This document shows, piece by piece, positions 36,011 through 45,325 of a stretch of DNA of 64,000 nt. Location of the stretch: positions 804,134 to 868,133 of the forward strand of contig OZ245042.1 of NCBI GenBank assembly GCA_965224185.1, read 5' to 3'. How positions within the stretch are numbered: the first letter of the stretch is position 1; every line of letters begins with the position of its first letter. The DNA is from Rhodobiaceae bacterium (GTDB lineage Bacteria; Pseudomonadota; Alphaproteobacteria; Rhizobiales; G965224185). The position numbers were made by a program, and so were the translations under genes. Under the pieces are notes generated by a model. The model did no database searches and had not been told where the DNA came from. It saw only the letters and a program-made list of their open reading frames with translations.

Positions 36011-38065
36011 CTAGCGCCCCGTTTCCGGATGGATGAGAATGTTCAAATACTCGTCCACCTCGCCCACATGGCCGGTGTGGATGACGGTGGTGGAATCTTT
36101 TTGCGTCACGATTGCCGGGCCTGGAATGCGGTTGCCGGCCTTCAAAAGATCCCGGTCGTAAATATTGGTGTTGACGAACGTGCCGCCGAAATAGACTTGA
36201 TGGCGGTCGATTACCGCCGGTGATGCGTCCGGGCCCTCGCGGTCGAAGCGGGGGAACTGGACCTTGGGCACCCGGCCGGTGCCGACGGCGCGAACATTGA
36301 CCAGTTCTACCGGCTGGTCGAGCCTGAACCCATATTGACGCTGATGGGCGGCGCCGAATTGCTCGGCGAGCGCCCGCAAGCCTCCCTGGCCCAACGATTC
36401 GGGCTGCATATCGAGCGTGAATTCGTAGCCCTGGCGGAAATAGCGGACATCGGCCTGGAAGCGCAAATCCTGGTCGGCGGCGTCGATCCCCTCCTCCTGC
36501 AGCCAGGCGCGGGCCTCGCGGGCCAGCCGCTCCACGATTTCGGCGACCTGTTGCGGCGTGACCTCGTCGAGCGTGCGGGCGAGGGTTTGGGCAAACTCGT
36601 TCTTGACGTCGGAATAGAGGAAGCCAAGCGCCGACAGGACGCCCGGGGTCGGCGGCACGATCACCGGGTAGCATCCGGCGAGGATGGCCATTGCATTGCC
36701 ATGCAACGGCCCGGCGCCGCCAAAGGCGACAATGGCGAAGTCGCGCGGATCGAGGCCCTTTTGCACGGTGACCAGGCGCAGGGCGCCGAACATGTTCTCG
36801 TTGACGATATCGAGAATGCCTTCCGCCGCCTGGTAGACATCGAGGCCGAGCGCGGTGCCGATCTTGGAGACGGCGTGCTCAGACGCCGCCACGTCAAGCT
36901 GCATGGTGCCGCCCAAGAGGCTCGGCGGCAGGCGGCCGAGCACCACATTTGCATCGGTCACCGTCGGTTGATCACCGCCGCGGCCATAGCAGGCCGGGCC
37001 CGGGACGGCGCCGGCACTTTCGGGCCCGACACGGAGCGCACCGGTCATCGGCACATGGGCGACGGACCCGCCGCCGGCGCCGACCGAATGGACCTCCACG
37101 GACGGTATCTTGATCGGGTAATAGCCGAGTGCGGTCTCTCTTGAAATCGTCGGCTGGCCGTCCTGTATCAGCGAGACATCGGTGGACGTGCCGCCCATAT
37201 CAAAGCCGAGCGCGTCCGGGTGGCCGGCAAGCCCGGCGAGGAAAGCGGCGCCGGAAACGCCGCCGGCGGGTCCGGAAAGCATTGTGTAGACCGGCGACTC
37301 CGATGCCCGCGCCACGCTCATCAGGCCGCCGTCGGAGCGGATGATATTGACGTGCGGGTCGAACTGGATGTTGTGCAGCTTTTCCTCAAAGCCCTGCAGG
37401 TAGCGGCGCATCAAGGGACTGACATAGGCGTTCATGACCGTCACCAGAGCGCGTTCATATTCGCGGAATTCCGGCAGGATATCGGAGGAGAGCGAAACCG
37501 GAATCGCCGGGTCGATTTCGTGCACCAAATCGCGCAGGCGGCGCTCATGATCCGGATTGGCATAGGAATGCAGGAGCGAGATGGTGATCGACTCGGCGCC
37601 GGCCTCGACAAGATCGCGGATGGCGGCCCGCGCACCGTCCTCATCTAGTGCCGTGATCACCTCGCCGCGGGCGTTGATGCGTTCGCCGATGCCCCGGGTG
37701 AATTCCAGGTCGGCGAGCGGATCGGGCTTTTCCATGATGATCCAGCCGGCGAGTGGCCCGGGGGTCTGCGAGCGGGCGAGATGCAACACCTGTTCGAAAT
37801 TCTCGGTCACCAGAAGGCCGACCTTGGCGCCCTTTTCCTCCAAGACGATATTGGTGGAGACCGTCGTGCCATGGAGCACCGCTTCGATTTGTGACGGCGC
37901 GGTGGCCGATTGGGCGATAATCGCTTCCGTCCCGGTCAGAATTCCCACCGACTGGTCCTCCGGAGTGGACGGTGTTTTCAGGAGCTGCATATCACCGGTG
38001 GTGCTGTCGAACAGCAACAGATCGGTGAATGTTCCGCCGACATCGATGCCGAGCCGCTTGGACAT
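36011..38065 (-). CDS. hyuA: Hydantoinase A/oxoprolinase (HyuA-type)
   Basis: N-terminal RLGIDVGGTFTDLLLFD ATPase motif. 684 aa, adjacent to hyuB. Confidence 0.85.
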   Translation of the reverse strand: MSKRLGIDVGGTFTDLLLFDSTTGDMQLLKTPSTPEDQSVGILTGTEAIIAQSATAPSQIEAVLHGTTVSTNIVLEEKGAKVGLLVTENFEQVLHLARSQTPGPLAGWIIMEKPDPLADLEFTRGIGERINARGEVITALDEDGARAAIRDLVEAGAESITISLLHSYANPDHERRLRDLVHEIDPAIPVSLSSDILPEFREYERALVTVMNAYVSPLMRRYLQGFEEKLHNIQFDPHVNIIRSDGGLMSVARASESPVYTMLSGPAGGVSGAAFLAGLAGHPDALGFDMGGTSTDVSLIQDGQPTISRETALGYYPIKIPSVEVHSVGAGGGSVAHVPMTGALRVGPESAGAVPGPACYGRGGDQPTVTDANVVLGRLPPSLLGGTMQLDVAASEHAVSKIGTALGLDVYQAAEGILDIVNENMFGALRLVTVQKGLDPRDFAIVAFGGAGPLHGNAMAILAGCYPVIVPPTPGVLSALGFLYSDVKNEFAQTLARTLDEVTPQQVAEIVERLAREARAWLQEEGIDAADQDLRFQADVRYFRQGYEFTLDMQPESLGQGGLRALAEQFGAAHQRQYGFRLDQPVELVNVRAVGTGRVPKVQFPRFDREGPDASPAVIDRHQVYFGGTFVNTNIYDRDLLKAGNRIPGPAIVTQKDSTTVIHTGHVGEVDEYLNILIHPETGR

Positions 38066-38247
38066 GGGCCGTTCGCCCCCTTCCCTGTCGTTTTCGACAG
38101 CCTATCCGTATCGCGTGGTGAATCAATCCCCGTGCGCCGGCAAATGCGTCGAATGGCGATTTGACCGGCGACCATTTTTCTATACGATCCGATCAATGGT
38201 GCCGGGCTCCGCTCGGCAAACACTCACCAAGAAGGGGCAAGGCCGAT

Positions 38248-38757
38248 ATGGCTCAAGAGGGTGCGCGACCGGTCCGCTATCGCTTCTGGTTCTGGCTGAT
38301 CGCCATCGTTATCTTTTTGATTTTTCTTTATTTCTATGCGCCGTTCGAAAAGTATCTGGTGGCCAGCATTCCCAATATTCACTTTTCGAATGTGCTGTTC
38401 TGGTTCGCCTCCCTGATCGGCATTCTGGCCTTCATCGTCGCCCATTGGCAGTCCTTCCGGCAACATATTTTCGGCAGCGGCAGCGAGCTGGACGTCAACG
38501 GGCTGGTCTTCGACACATTGCAGACCGCAATCCTGGTGGCGGTGATCTTCTGCGCCGGCGCGACGTTGCAGGCCGTCGAAATGCTGGCGGAGCACTTAAT
38601 GGGGCACGGCAATATTATCGACGGCGCTTTCGGCAGCACCTTGGTGTCGATCGTGATCCTGGTGATCCTGACGGTGCTCTTCTACCTGCTGCACTACGTC
38701 GTGCGCGCCTTTCGCGACGGCTGGCACACAAGGCGGCCACCGCCGAGCGTGCGTTAG
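38248..38757 (+). CDS. Polytopic membrane protein, paralog of 11158-11655
   Basis: AAGGGGCAAGG Shine-Dalgarno before the ATG. Shares the FLYFY(Q/A)PFE motif and TM layout with the first paralog. Confidence 0.55.
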   Translation: MAQEGARPVRYRFWFWLIAIVIFLIFLYFYAPFEKYLVASIPNIHFSNVLFWFASLIGILAFIVAHWQSFRQHIFGSGSELDVNGLVFDTLQTAILVAVIFCAGATLQAVEMLAEHLMGHGNIIDGAFGSTLVSIVILVILTVLFYLLHYVVRAFRDGWHTRRPPPSVR

Positions 38758-38876
38758 GTCGCCAAGGCGCTCTTGGCAACAAGTTTTCTATCGGCGACAA
38801 CTATGCATGTTGAGCTAGTCCCGGGCAATTGGACAGGATGTTAAGGTGTGTTCCTCGGGCAAGGGAGGGATACCGA

Positions 38877-39215
38877 ATGGTGATGCGACGCCCATCCACA
38901 GCTGATTTCAAGGCATATGTAGCGCTTGAAGCGCTGCGTGGCGACAAGACGATCCTGGAGATCGCGTCCCGGCATGGGCTCACCCAAGCCAGGTTGGCGT
39001 TTGGAAGAACCAAGCTCTGGAAGGGTAGGATTTGATCTTCGAGAGCGGTGCCGGTCTCGGCGATGATCGTGAGCGCGAGGTTCGCGACCTGCACGCCAAG
39101 ATCGGCGGGTTGAAGGTGCAGAACGATTTTTTATCGAAAGCGCCCATGCATAAAGCCAGGAGGAGAGGAAATCGATGATCGACCGTTCTCACCCGAGGCC
39201 AAGCCTGAGCGCATG
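38877..39215 (+). pseudogene. Truncated IS3-family orfA/orfB remnant
   Basis: The orfA HTH segment is FKAYVALEALRGDKTILEIASRHGL. After a frame change comes DDREREVRDLHAKIGGLKVQNDFLSKAP, then the start of orfB (MIDRSHPRPSLS). The remnant terminates abruptly at the GC drop. Confidence 0.65.
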
Positions 39216-39323
39216 AACTGAGTGCGTTGGAAACTACCAACCTAAGAAGGATCCGCGGTCGGTTGTCTGCAATCTCAATTGATTTATAGCTGACTAATTA
39301 CGCGGCAAAAGGAACCAAAACGA

Positions 39324-39980
39324 ATGGCCAAAGATGTTTGCTTGCTGCATATCGGCAAGACTGGCGGCACTTATTTGAAATCCGTCCTTAAGCACAATCA
39401 GTCGATGCTGCCGGCAACGTTGCGCTTGCTGGGCCATGGCAACACGTTACGGAGCACACGCAGGAAGTTCGGCGCTAAACGGCAGATCGCATTTGTGTTT
39501 CGGGACCCGACCGAGCGTTTCATATCCGGGTTCGACAGCCGTATGCGCCAAGGCCGTCCCACATACCAGAGCCCTTGGTCTGCAGAGGAGGCGATCGCTT
39601 ATCTGTGGTTCGCTTCACCCAATACATTGGCAGAGGCTCTTTACAGCGAAGACGAACGGTTGCGCTCAGCAGCAATCTTCACGATGGAGAACGTCCGTCA
39701 CCTGAGACGCGGTTACAAATTCTACCTCGGCAGCGTTCGCCAGTTACGCCAGGAAGATAGCCGGATTCGCTGCTGTGTAGATTTAAAGGACCTTGATCGG
39801 TTGCTGCCAGAGGTAATGCGCAACCTAGGCGTAGAACAGTGTGAGATGCCGCCGAATCCGAAGCGCCACAAGAGCGCGAACCGAATTTCGCTTTCAGAAT
39901 TGGCAGTCCGGAACTTGCGCAAATATTGGGAAACTGAATACCAGATATACGAATACTGCCAGAGCATCCAGCGCACATAA
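39324..39980 (+). CDS. Sulfotransferase-family protein in a lower-GC islet
   Basis: PAPS 5'-phosphosulfate-binding-like HIGKTGGT and FVFRDPTERFIS motifs. Local GC is about 50 %. Confidence 0.6.
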   Translation: MAKDVCLLHIGKTGGTYLKSVLKHNQSMLPATLRLLGHGNTLRSTRRKFGAKRQIAFVFRDPTERFISGFDSRMRQGRPTYQSPWSAEEAIAYLWFASPNTLAEALYSEDERLRSAAIFTMENVRHLRRGYKFYLGSVRQLRQEDSRIRCCVDLKDLDRLLPEVMRNLGVEQCEMPPNPKRHKSANRISLSELAVRNLRKYWETEYQIYEYCQSIQRT

Positions 39981-40141
39981 GCGACCACGCGATCCACAAA
40001 CCAGGTCTCGCTTTCATGTCGGTCAGACCGGTCAGCCTCTCAGACAGTGCAAACATTTCTAGATCATGCCTACGCCGTCCACAGTGAAGAATGCGCATAA
40101 TATAAAAAGTATGGTTGTACCCTACACAATAAAATTCCAGT

Positions 40142-41176
40142 TCAACTGTAATCCACCAGCAAATTAAATGCGTCCAGCGAGCGTTCGATGCGGTCCTGCT
40201 CGATCCCGTCGGCGATGAAAATCAGGCGCGACCGACGGTCTTCGTTGGGCCAAGCCGCGAGGTGATCGGGGGCATGGACGACGTGCTGGACGCCGTTAAT
40301 GAGGACCGGGGCCGGTAGGCCCTCGACGTTCAATAGGCCCTTGATGCGCAGCACCCGGTCGCCATGGCAATGCAGTAGCATGGTCATCCAGACGCCGAAG
40401 GCGGTCCAGTCCAGTGGCCGGTCATAGGTCACAGTGAAGGATGTAACGGAACCGGTGTGGCTATGGTCCAGGGCGGCCGCCGAACCGGTGTCGACAGCCT
40501 CGTGATCATCAGCAATCCAAGCCGAGGCCGCCGATTGATCCATGCCTTCACGGGTGCTTTCTGCGGCGAACAGGATGTCCGGGTCCAACGGGTCACGGGC
40601 ACCGTCGATGATCTGCGCCGCGCCGTTCAGGCGTCGCAAGGCGGCATGCAGGCGAGCGACTTGGTCATCCGTGGCAATGTCGGATTTGGTGACGATCAGA
40701 CGATCGGCAATGGCCGCCTGTTTGACCGATTCGGCATAGTGTTGGAGTTGACTTTCGCCGCTCACGGCGTCGACCGCCGTGACGATATTGCCGAGGCGGA
40801 AATGGTGGCGGATCACCGGCTCCGATTGCACCGTGTAGGCGATCGGGACCGGGTCGGCGAGCCCTGACGTTTCTACGATCACCCGGCGAAAGGGCGGAAT
40901 TTCGCCGCGAGTCAATTGCGAGAACAGGTCGCGCAGACCGTCTTTGAGGTCGCCGCGAATGGCACAGCACACGCAGCCATTTTCCATGAGCAGCGTGGAT
41001 TCCGCCAGGCCCTGATAGAGGTGATGATCAAGGCCGATTTCGCCGAATTCGTTGACCAGAACCGCGGTCTCCTCAAGGCGCGGCGAGGCCAGCAATCGCT
41101 GGATTATGGACGTCTTGCCACTGCCGAGAAAGCCGGTGACGATATTGACCGGAATGCTGGACGGATAGGCGCTCAT
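40142..41176 (-). CDS. COG0523 (CobW-like, G3E-family) GTPase
   Basis: P-loop GFLGSGKTS, a GCVCC metal-binding motif, and a C-terminal CobW_C-like domain. Confidence 0.8.
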   Translation of the reverse strand: MSAYPSSIPVNIVTGFLGSGKTSIIQRLLASPRLEETAVLVNEFGEIGLDHHLYQGLAESTLLMENGCVCCAIRGDLKDGLRDLFSQLTRGEIPPFRRVIVETSGLADPVPIAYTVQSEPVIRHHFRLGNIVTAVDAVSGESQLQHYAESVKQAAIADRLIVTKSDIATDDQVARLHAALRRLNGAAQIIDGARDPLDPDILFAAESTREGMDQSAASAWIADDHEAVDTGSAAALDHSHTGSVTSFTVTYDRPLDWTAFGVWMTMLLHCHGDRVLRIKGLLNVEGLPAPVLINGVQHVVHAPDHLAAWPNEDRRSRLIFIADGIEQDRIERSLDAFNLLVDYS

Positions 41177-41216
41177 GGCCTCGTGAGCAGTGCGTAATAC
41201 GTAACTCCACGCGTCT

Positions 41217-41275
41217 GTGCGTCATCCCGTGCGCTGCGCATCACTGTGTGCTGCGCAGCGCACGGGATGACGCGG
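41217..41275. repeat. REP family 2 element (short form)
   Basis: tgcgtcatcccgtgcgctgcgcatcactgtgtgctgcgcagcgcacgggatgacgcgg. Confidence 0.75.
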
Positions 41276-41301
41276 GGTTCTTGTGTTCGGGCGTTCATAA
41301 C

Positions 41302-41622
41302 CTAGGCCTTAAGATCGTCAAGCAGGCCGTCATCCAATGGATTTAAGGGGCGGCCGAGGATCGTCTCCGCCGCCGCCCAGACCTCAGAGATGTTCTCCGC
41401 GATTGCCGTCTTGCCGGTTGGCGATCGGATGATGAAGGCGTTGCCGGTCCAATCGCTGGCCTTCAGGCGGTAATGGGCGAGCACTTTGTTGACGAGCCGG
41501 GTCTGGTCCTGGCGTTCGCGATGCCACGTGCGGGTGTCGGCGCGGCGCGTAAAGACCGCCGGGTTACTGGCCGGGTCAACCCAATGGCTCTGACCGCCAA
41601 GAATGCCGCATAAACTGCACAT
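41302..41622 (-). CDS. Small hypothetical protein with N-terminal CxxC
   Basis: A strong GGAGG Shine-Dalgarno lies 6 nt before the ATG at 41622 (MCSLCGILGG...). 106 aa. Overlaps the end of the upstream deacetylase gene. Confidence 0.45.
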   Translation of the reverse strand: MCSLCGILGGQSHWVDPASNPAVFTRRADTRTWHRERQDQTRLVNKVLAHYRLKASDWTGNAFIIRSPTGKTAIAENISEVWAAAETILGRPLNPLDDGLLDDLKA

Positions 41623-41633
41623 GACCGCCTCCG

Positions 41634-42575
41634 TTAACCGGCGGTGACTACACTGGTTTTCTCTCGCGGGCAACGCCGGGCGAAATCGTCGGCAATATCG
41701 TCGAAGGTGGTGAAGCGGACGCCGTCATGGCCGGAAATGTAGTCGAAGATGCGTTCCAGCATCAAAAGCACCTGGGGCCGGCCGGAGACGTCGGGATGGA
41801 TGGTCATGGTAAAGACCGCGTAATCGTATTCGCGATAGACCCAGTCGAACTGGTCGCGCCACAGGTCCTCGATATCGCGCGGATTGACGAAGCCGAAACT
41901 GTTCGGCGCGCTCTTGATGAACATCATGGGGGGCAGGTCATCGAGATACCAGCTTCCGGGAATGTCGATCAGGTCGGTTTCCACGCCGCGCACCAGGGGC
42001 GTCATCCATTCGTCGGGATGCTTGGAATAGTCGATCGGCGTCCAGCTGTCGCCGACCCGCACATAGAACGGATGGAAATCGTCATTCATCAGGCTGTGGT
42101 CGTATTTGATGCCCTTTTTCAGGAGCAGTTCATTGGAAACCGGCGAGAACTCCCACCACGGCGCCACATAGCCGGTGGGTCGGCGGCCGGCGACCTTCTC
42201 GATCAGTTCGATGCATTTATCCATCACCCGCTCTTCCTGTTCCGGAGTCATGGCGATGGGATTTTCGTGGGAATAGCCGTGCATGCCGATTTCGTGACCG
42301 GCATCGACGACCATGCGGGTAGTGTCGGGAAAGGTTTCGATGGAATGGCCGGGAATGAACCAGGTGGTTTGGATGTCGAACTTCCTGAACAGGTCGACCA
42401 GGCGCGGCACGCCGACCTCGCCGGCGAACAGGCCGCGCGAAATGTCGCAGGGCGAGTCCTCCCCGCCATAAGAGCCAAGCCAGCCGGCAACCGCGTCCAC
42501 ATCGATGCCGAAGGCGCAGAAAATCTCCTTCCTGCCGCTGCTGATCGCCGGCCGTTTCGGCATGCGCGACCGCAT
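41634..42575 (-). CDS. Polysaccharide-deacetylase-family hydrolase (PuuE allantoinase-like)
   Basis: [12 protein letters not shown]...[32 protein letters not shown]... is a NodB-fold motif set. Alternative start at 42563. Confidence 0.7.
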   Translation of the reverse strand: MRSRMPKRPAISSGRKEIFCAFGIDVDAVAGWLGSYGGEDSPCDISRGLFAGEVGVPRLVDLFRKFDIQTTWFIPGHSIETFPDTTRMVVDAGHEIGMHGYSHENPIAMTPEQEERVMDKCIELIEKVAGRRPTGYVAPWWEFSPVSNELLLKKGIKYDHSLMNDDFHPFYVRVGDSWTPIDYSKHPDEWMTPLVRGVETDLIDIPGSWYLDDLPPMMFIKSAPNSFGFVNPRDIEDLWRDQFDWVYREYDYAVFTMTIHPDVSGRPQVLLMLERIFDYISGHDGVRFTTFDDIADDFARRCPREKTSVVTAG

Positions 42576-42820
42576 GGCCAGATTGGTGCGTGATTCAATT
42601 GGGCGCGGCCGATAGCGTTCGCCAATCGTGTTCGGTGTCGCATGATAGCGGTCGTCGGATGTCACTGGAGCGCCTCCCTCGGCGTTAACTGCCTCTTCCC
42701 GATCGTGCCAATGTCGCGACAAAAGCGCAATATCTGCCCGCAGGTTAGATTTTCCGAACTGTCACAGATTTGCCGGAGCGCCACAATGGCTTATGATCCC
42801 GGGCGACCAAAAGACAGGAG

Positions 42821-43537
42821 GTGGTGATGGTGCACGACTGGCAGGACCGGACACTTGCTCAATATCAGGAAAAGGGATTCGCCGCGCGTTCGGGCTATGG
42901 CAAGCGCCCTGCCCTGTTGATCGTCGATTTCATCGTCGGCTTCACCGATCCGTCGTCGCCGCTCGGCGGGGACTTTTCATCCGAACTGAAAGTGACCGGC
43001 CGGATTATCGACGCCTTCCGCGCCGCGTCCTTGCCGATCGTCTATACGGTGATTGAGTATGAGCCCGATTTCCGCGATGCGGGTGTATTTATCAAGAAGG
43101 TGCCGTCATTGTCGGTGTTGGTGCGCGGCTCGCCGATGTGTGACATCGACGAGCGCATCCGTCCGGCGGCCGGCGACTATATCGTAACGAAAAAATACGC
43201 CAGTTCGTTTTTCGGCACCAATCTGGATACCCATTTGAAGAACCAGGGCGTCGATACGCTGGTGATAACCGGCTGCACGACCAGCGGCTGCGTGCGCGCA
43301 TCGGCCGTGGATTCCCTGCAATCGGGTTACCAGACGATCGTAGTGCGCGACGGGGTGGGCGACCGGGCGCAGGGGCCGCATGAGGCCAATCTGTTCGACA
43401 TCGACGCCAAATATGGCGACGTGGTGCCATCGGAGGCGGTACTGGCGTATATTGACGGCCTGTCGGGATCGGGTAACGGCAAGGCGGCGGCCGCGGCGGC
43501 GTCGATCACCGGATGGTGGAACGAGAAGACCGGCTGA
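42821..43537 (+). CDS. Isochorismatase-family (cysteine) hydrolase
   Basis: RPALLIVDFIVGF (Asp), ...KKYASSFFGTNL (Lys), ...LVITGCTTSGCVRASAVD (Cys) is a catalytic-triad pattern. Confidence 0.75.
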   Translation: MVMVHDWQDRTLAQYQEKGFAARSGYGKRPALLIVDFIVGFTDPSSPLGGDFSSELKVTGRIIDAFRAASLPIVYTVIEYEPDFRDAGVFIKKVPSLSVLVRGSPMCDIDERIRPAAGDYIVTKKYASSFFGTNLDTHLKNQGVDTLVITGCTTSGCVRASAVDSLQSGYQTIVVRDGVGDRAQGPHEANLFDIDAKYGDVVPSEAVLAYIDGLSGSGNGKAAAAAASITGWWNEKTG

Positions 43538-44082
43538 ACGGATTTGGGAGTCAGGCCATGGGCAGCCGCGACAAGGAATCGATATCGGCATTCGATGCCA
43601 TGCTGACGGAAACCCGGCGGCAATTTGACGCGCTGGTGGGTGACAGCGCGCTGCCACGATCTGCGCCGCCAACCGACTTGGATCGGCCGGCGCCGCCCGC
43701 GAGCACGTCATCAGAACCGGCCAGATCCGTCGGCCGTGCGGAAGATGCCACCATTTCGCCAGCGGTCGCCAAATCATTGTTTGAGCGTTTCGGCCATTCC
43801 TGGCGCCACGAAATCCTGGAACGCACACGGCAGGGGGACGAGCTTTCCGTCACCTGCCGCTTGATTGTCGACGATATGGATGACGTCACGCCGCAAAGGG
43901 GTTCGGCACGGCTCGGTGGATCGGCCGCCGGCGCAACGGCGATCGCCGGATCGATCAACGGCAGGCCGTTCGAATTCGATCCGGCCCCGGCGGACGGCGG
44001 CGCGAGACGGTCGGTAAGCGAAGAGGATGCCCTGCGCGAAGCCGTGGGTATCGCCCTGATGAAGTGCCTGCAGACGATCTGA
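43513..44082 (+). CDS. Hypothetical protein sharing an about 100-aa domain with the N-terminal extension of HyuB
   Basis: LFERFGHSWRHEILERT...VTCRLIV...EEDALREAVGIALMKCLQ aligns with ILGARFGADWSSEIVEHG...RVLCKLTV...EGEALQIATDRALLKCAEQ. The start may be the internal ATG around 43558. Confidence 0.45.
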   Translation: MVEREDRLNGFGSQAMGSRDKESISAFDAMLTETRRQFDALVGDSALPRSAPPTDLDRPAPPASTSSEPARSVGRAEDATISPAVAKSLFERFGHSWRHEILERTRQGDELSVTCRLIVDDMDDVTPQRGSARLGGSAAGATAIAGSINGRPFEFDPAPADGGARRSVSEEDALREAVGIALMKCLQTI

Positions 44083-44395
44083 CCATTGCCGCCGGGGCGG
44101 CATCAAATTTCCGAACGCATAGTCGCAACCCGGCAAGGCGGTGCGGGCGGTCCGGTCGATGAAATCCACGCGCTATTGCTCACGCTTCGAGAGGCAATTG
44201 GGCGCGGTGGTCAACAAGGAATTCGACAAATGCAATGCCAAGCATGTCGCCTTCGACAAGAAGGAAGCGCGCAACTTGAAGAATGAGCCGCTGATCAAGC
44301 AGGCCTTGCTGGAAGCCAAAAAAAGGAAGACCAGGACCAGCGCGACGGCGACCAGAACGATTTTGCGGGGCTGGACCCTGGACCGCTGACCAGCA

Positions 44396-45325
44396 TCATT
44401 CGGCAGCCGCCGGCCGAGCGGCCTCGGGAAACAGTCCGGCCTTCATGACCTGGCCCGGCAGTGGCGCGTCGAAGAAGGATTCCGCCCAAATGGCGACATC
44501 GATCAAAGCATCGAGATCGATACCCGTTTCATAGCCCATATTGCGCAACATGAAACACAGATCCTCCGTGGCCACGTTGCCGGTGGCGCGCGGCGCGAAA
44601 GGGCAGCCGCCAATGCCGCCGATTGAGGCATCCAGATAGTCTGCGCCCGCCTGCGCCGCCGCCGCCGCGTTGGCAAAGCCGGTATTGCGGGTATTGTGCA
44701 GGTGGCAGCCGAGGGTGATGCCGTCGCCAACCGCGTCTGTCACGGCATGAAGGCGTTCGGTGATCTGGGTCGGCACGCCGGCTCCGATGGTGTCGGCGAG
44801 GCTGAGATCGGACGCGCCCATATCGACAACCCGGCGGGCGATCTCGACGACCTTGGAAAGCGGTACACGGCCCTCAAACGGGCAGCCAAAACTGGCTGCG
44901 ATAACAACCGACAAGACCGGCCCGGCCGCTTGGACTTGGGGTGTCATCATCTGCAGTTCGCGCAAGGTTTCTGCAATCTCACGGCCCTGGTTGCGCTGAT
45001 TGAAGGTTTCGCTGGCCACGACCACATAGCGCACCTCGTCGACCCCTGTGGCAATCGCTCTTTCAACCCCACGGCCATTCAGCGCCAAGCCGACGAACCG
45101 GCAGCCCGGGCGACGGGTGATCCCGGCCATTACCTGTTCCGCATCGGCCATTTGCGGCACCCGTTTCGGATTGACGAAACTGACGGCTTCCAAACGCTTG
45201 ACGCCGGTAGCGGTCAAGCGGTCGATCAGGTCGATGCGCTCGGCGACGCTCCACATACGCTTTTCGCTTTGCAAGCCGTCGCGCGGGCCGACCTCGCAGA
45301 TTTCGATGGATTTCGTCATGGTCAT
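44396..45325 (-). CDS. HMG-CoA lyase-like (DRE-TIM) family protein
   Basis: EVGPRDGLQSE...LEAVSFVNPKRVPQMAD... N-terminal motif. 309 aa. Confidence 0.75.
   Translation of the reverse strand: MTMTKSIEICEVGPRDGLQSEKRMWSVAERIDLIDRLTATGVKRLEAVSFVNPKRVPQMADAEQVMAGITRRPGCRFVGLALNGRGVERAIATGVDEVRYVVVASETFNQRNQGREIAETLRELQMMTPQVQAAGPVLSVVIAASFGCPFEGRVPLSKVVEIARRVVDMGASDLSLADTIGAGVPTQITERLHAVTDAVGDGITLGCHLHNTRNTGFANAAAAAQAGADYLDASIGGIGGCPFAPRATGNVATEDLCFMLRNMGYETGIDLDALIDVAIWAESFFDAPLPGQVMKAGLFPEAARPAAAE

Noticed and set aside
33554-38813. Plus-strand ORFs of 230-410 aa opposite hyuB/hyuA (e.g. 34253..35416, 36335..37144, 37581..38813)
   Set aside because: Opposite-strand artefacts of the clearly homologous hydantoinase genes. 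The 37581..38813 ORF also runs through intergenic DNA into the next gene.
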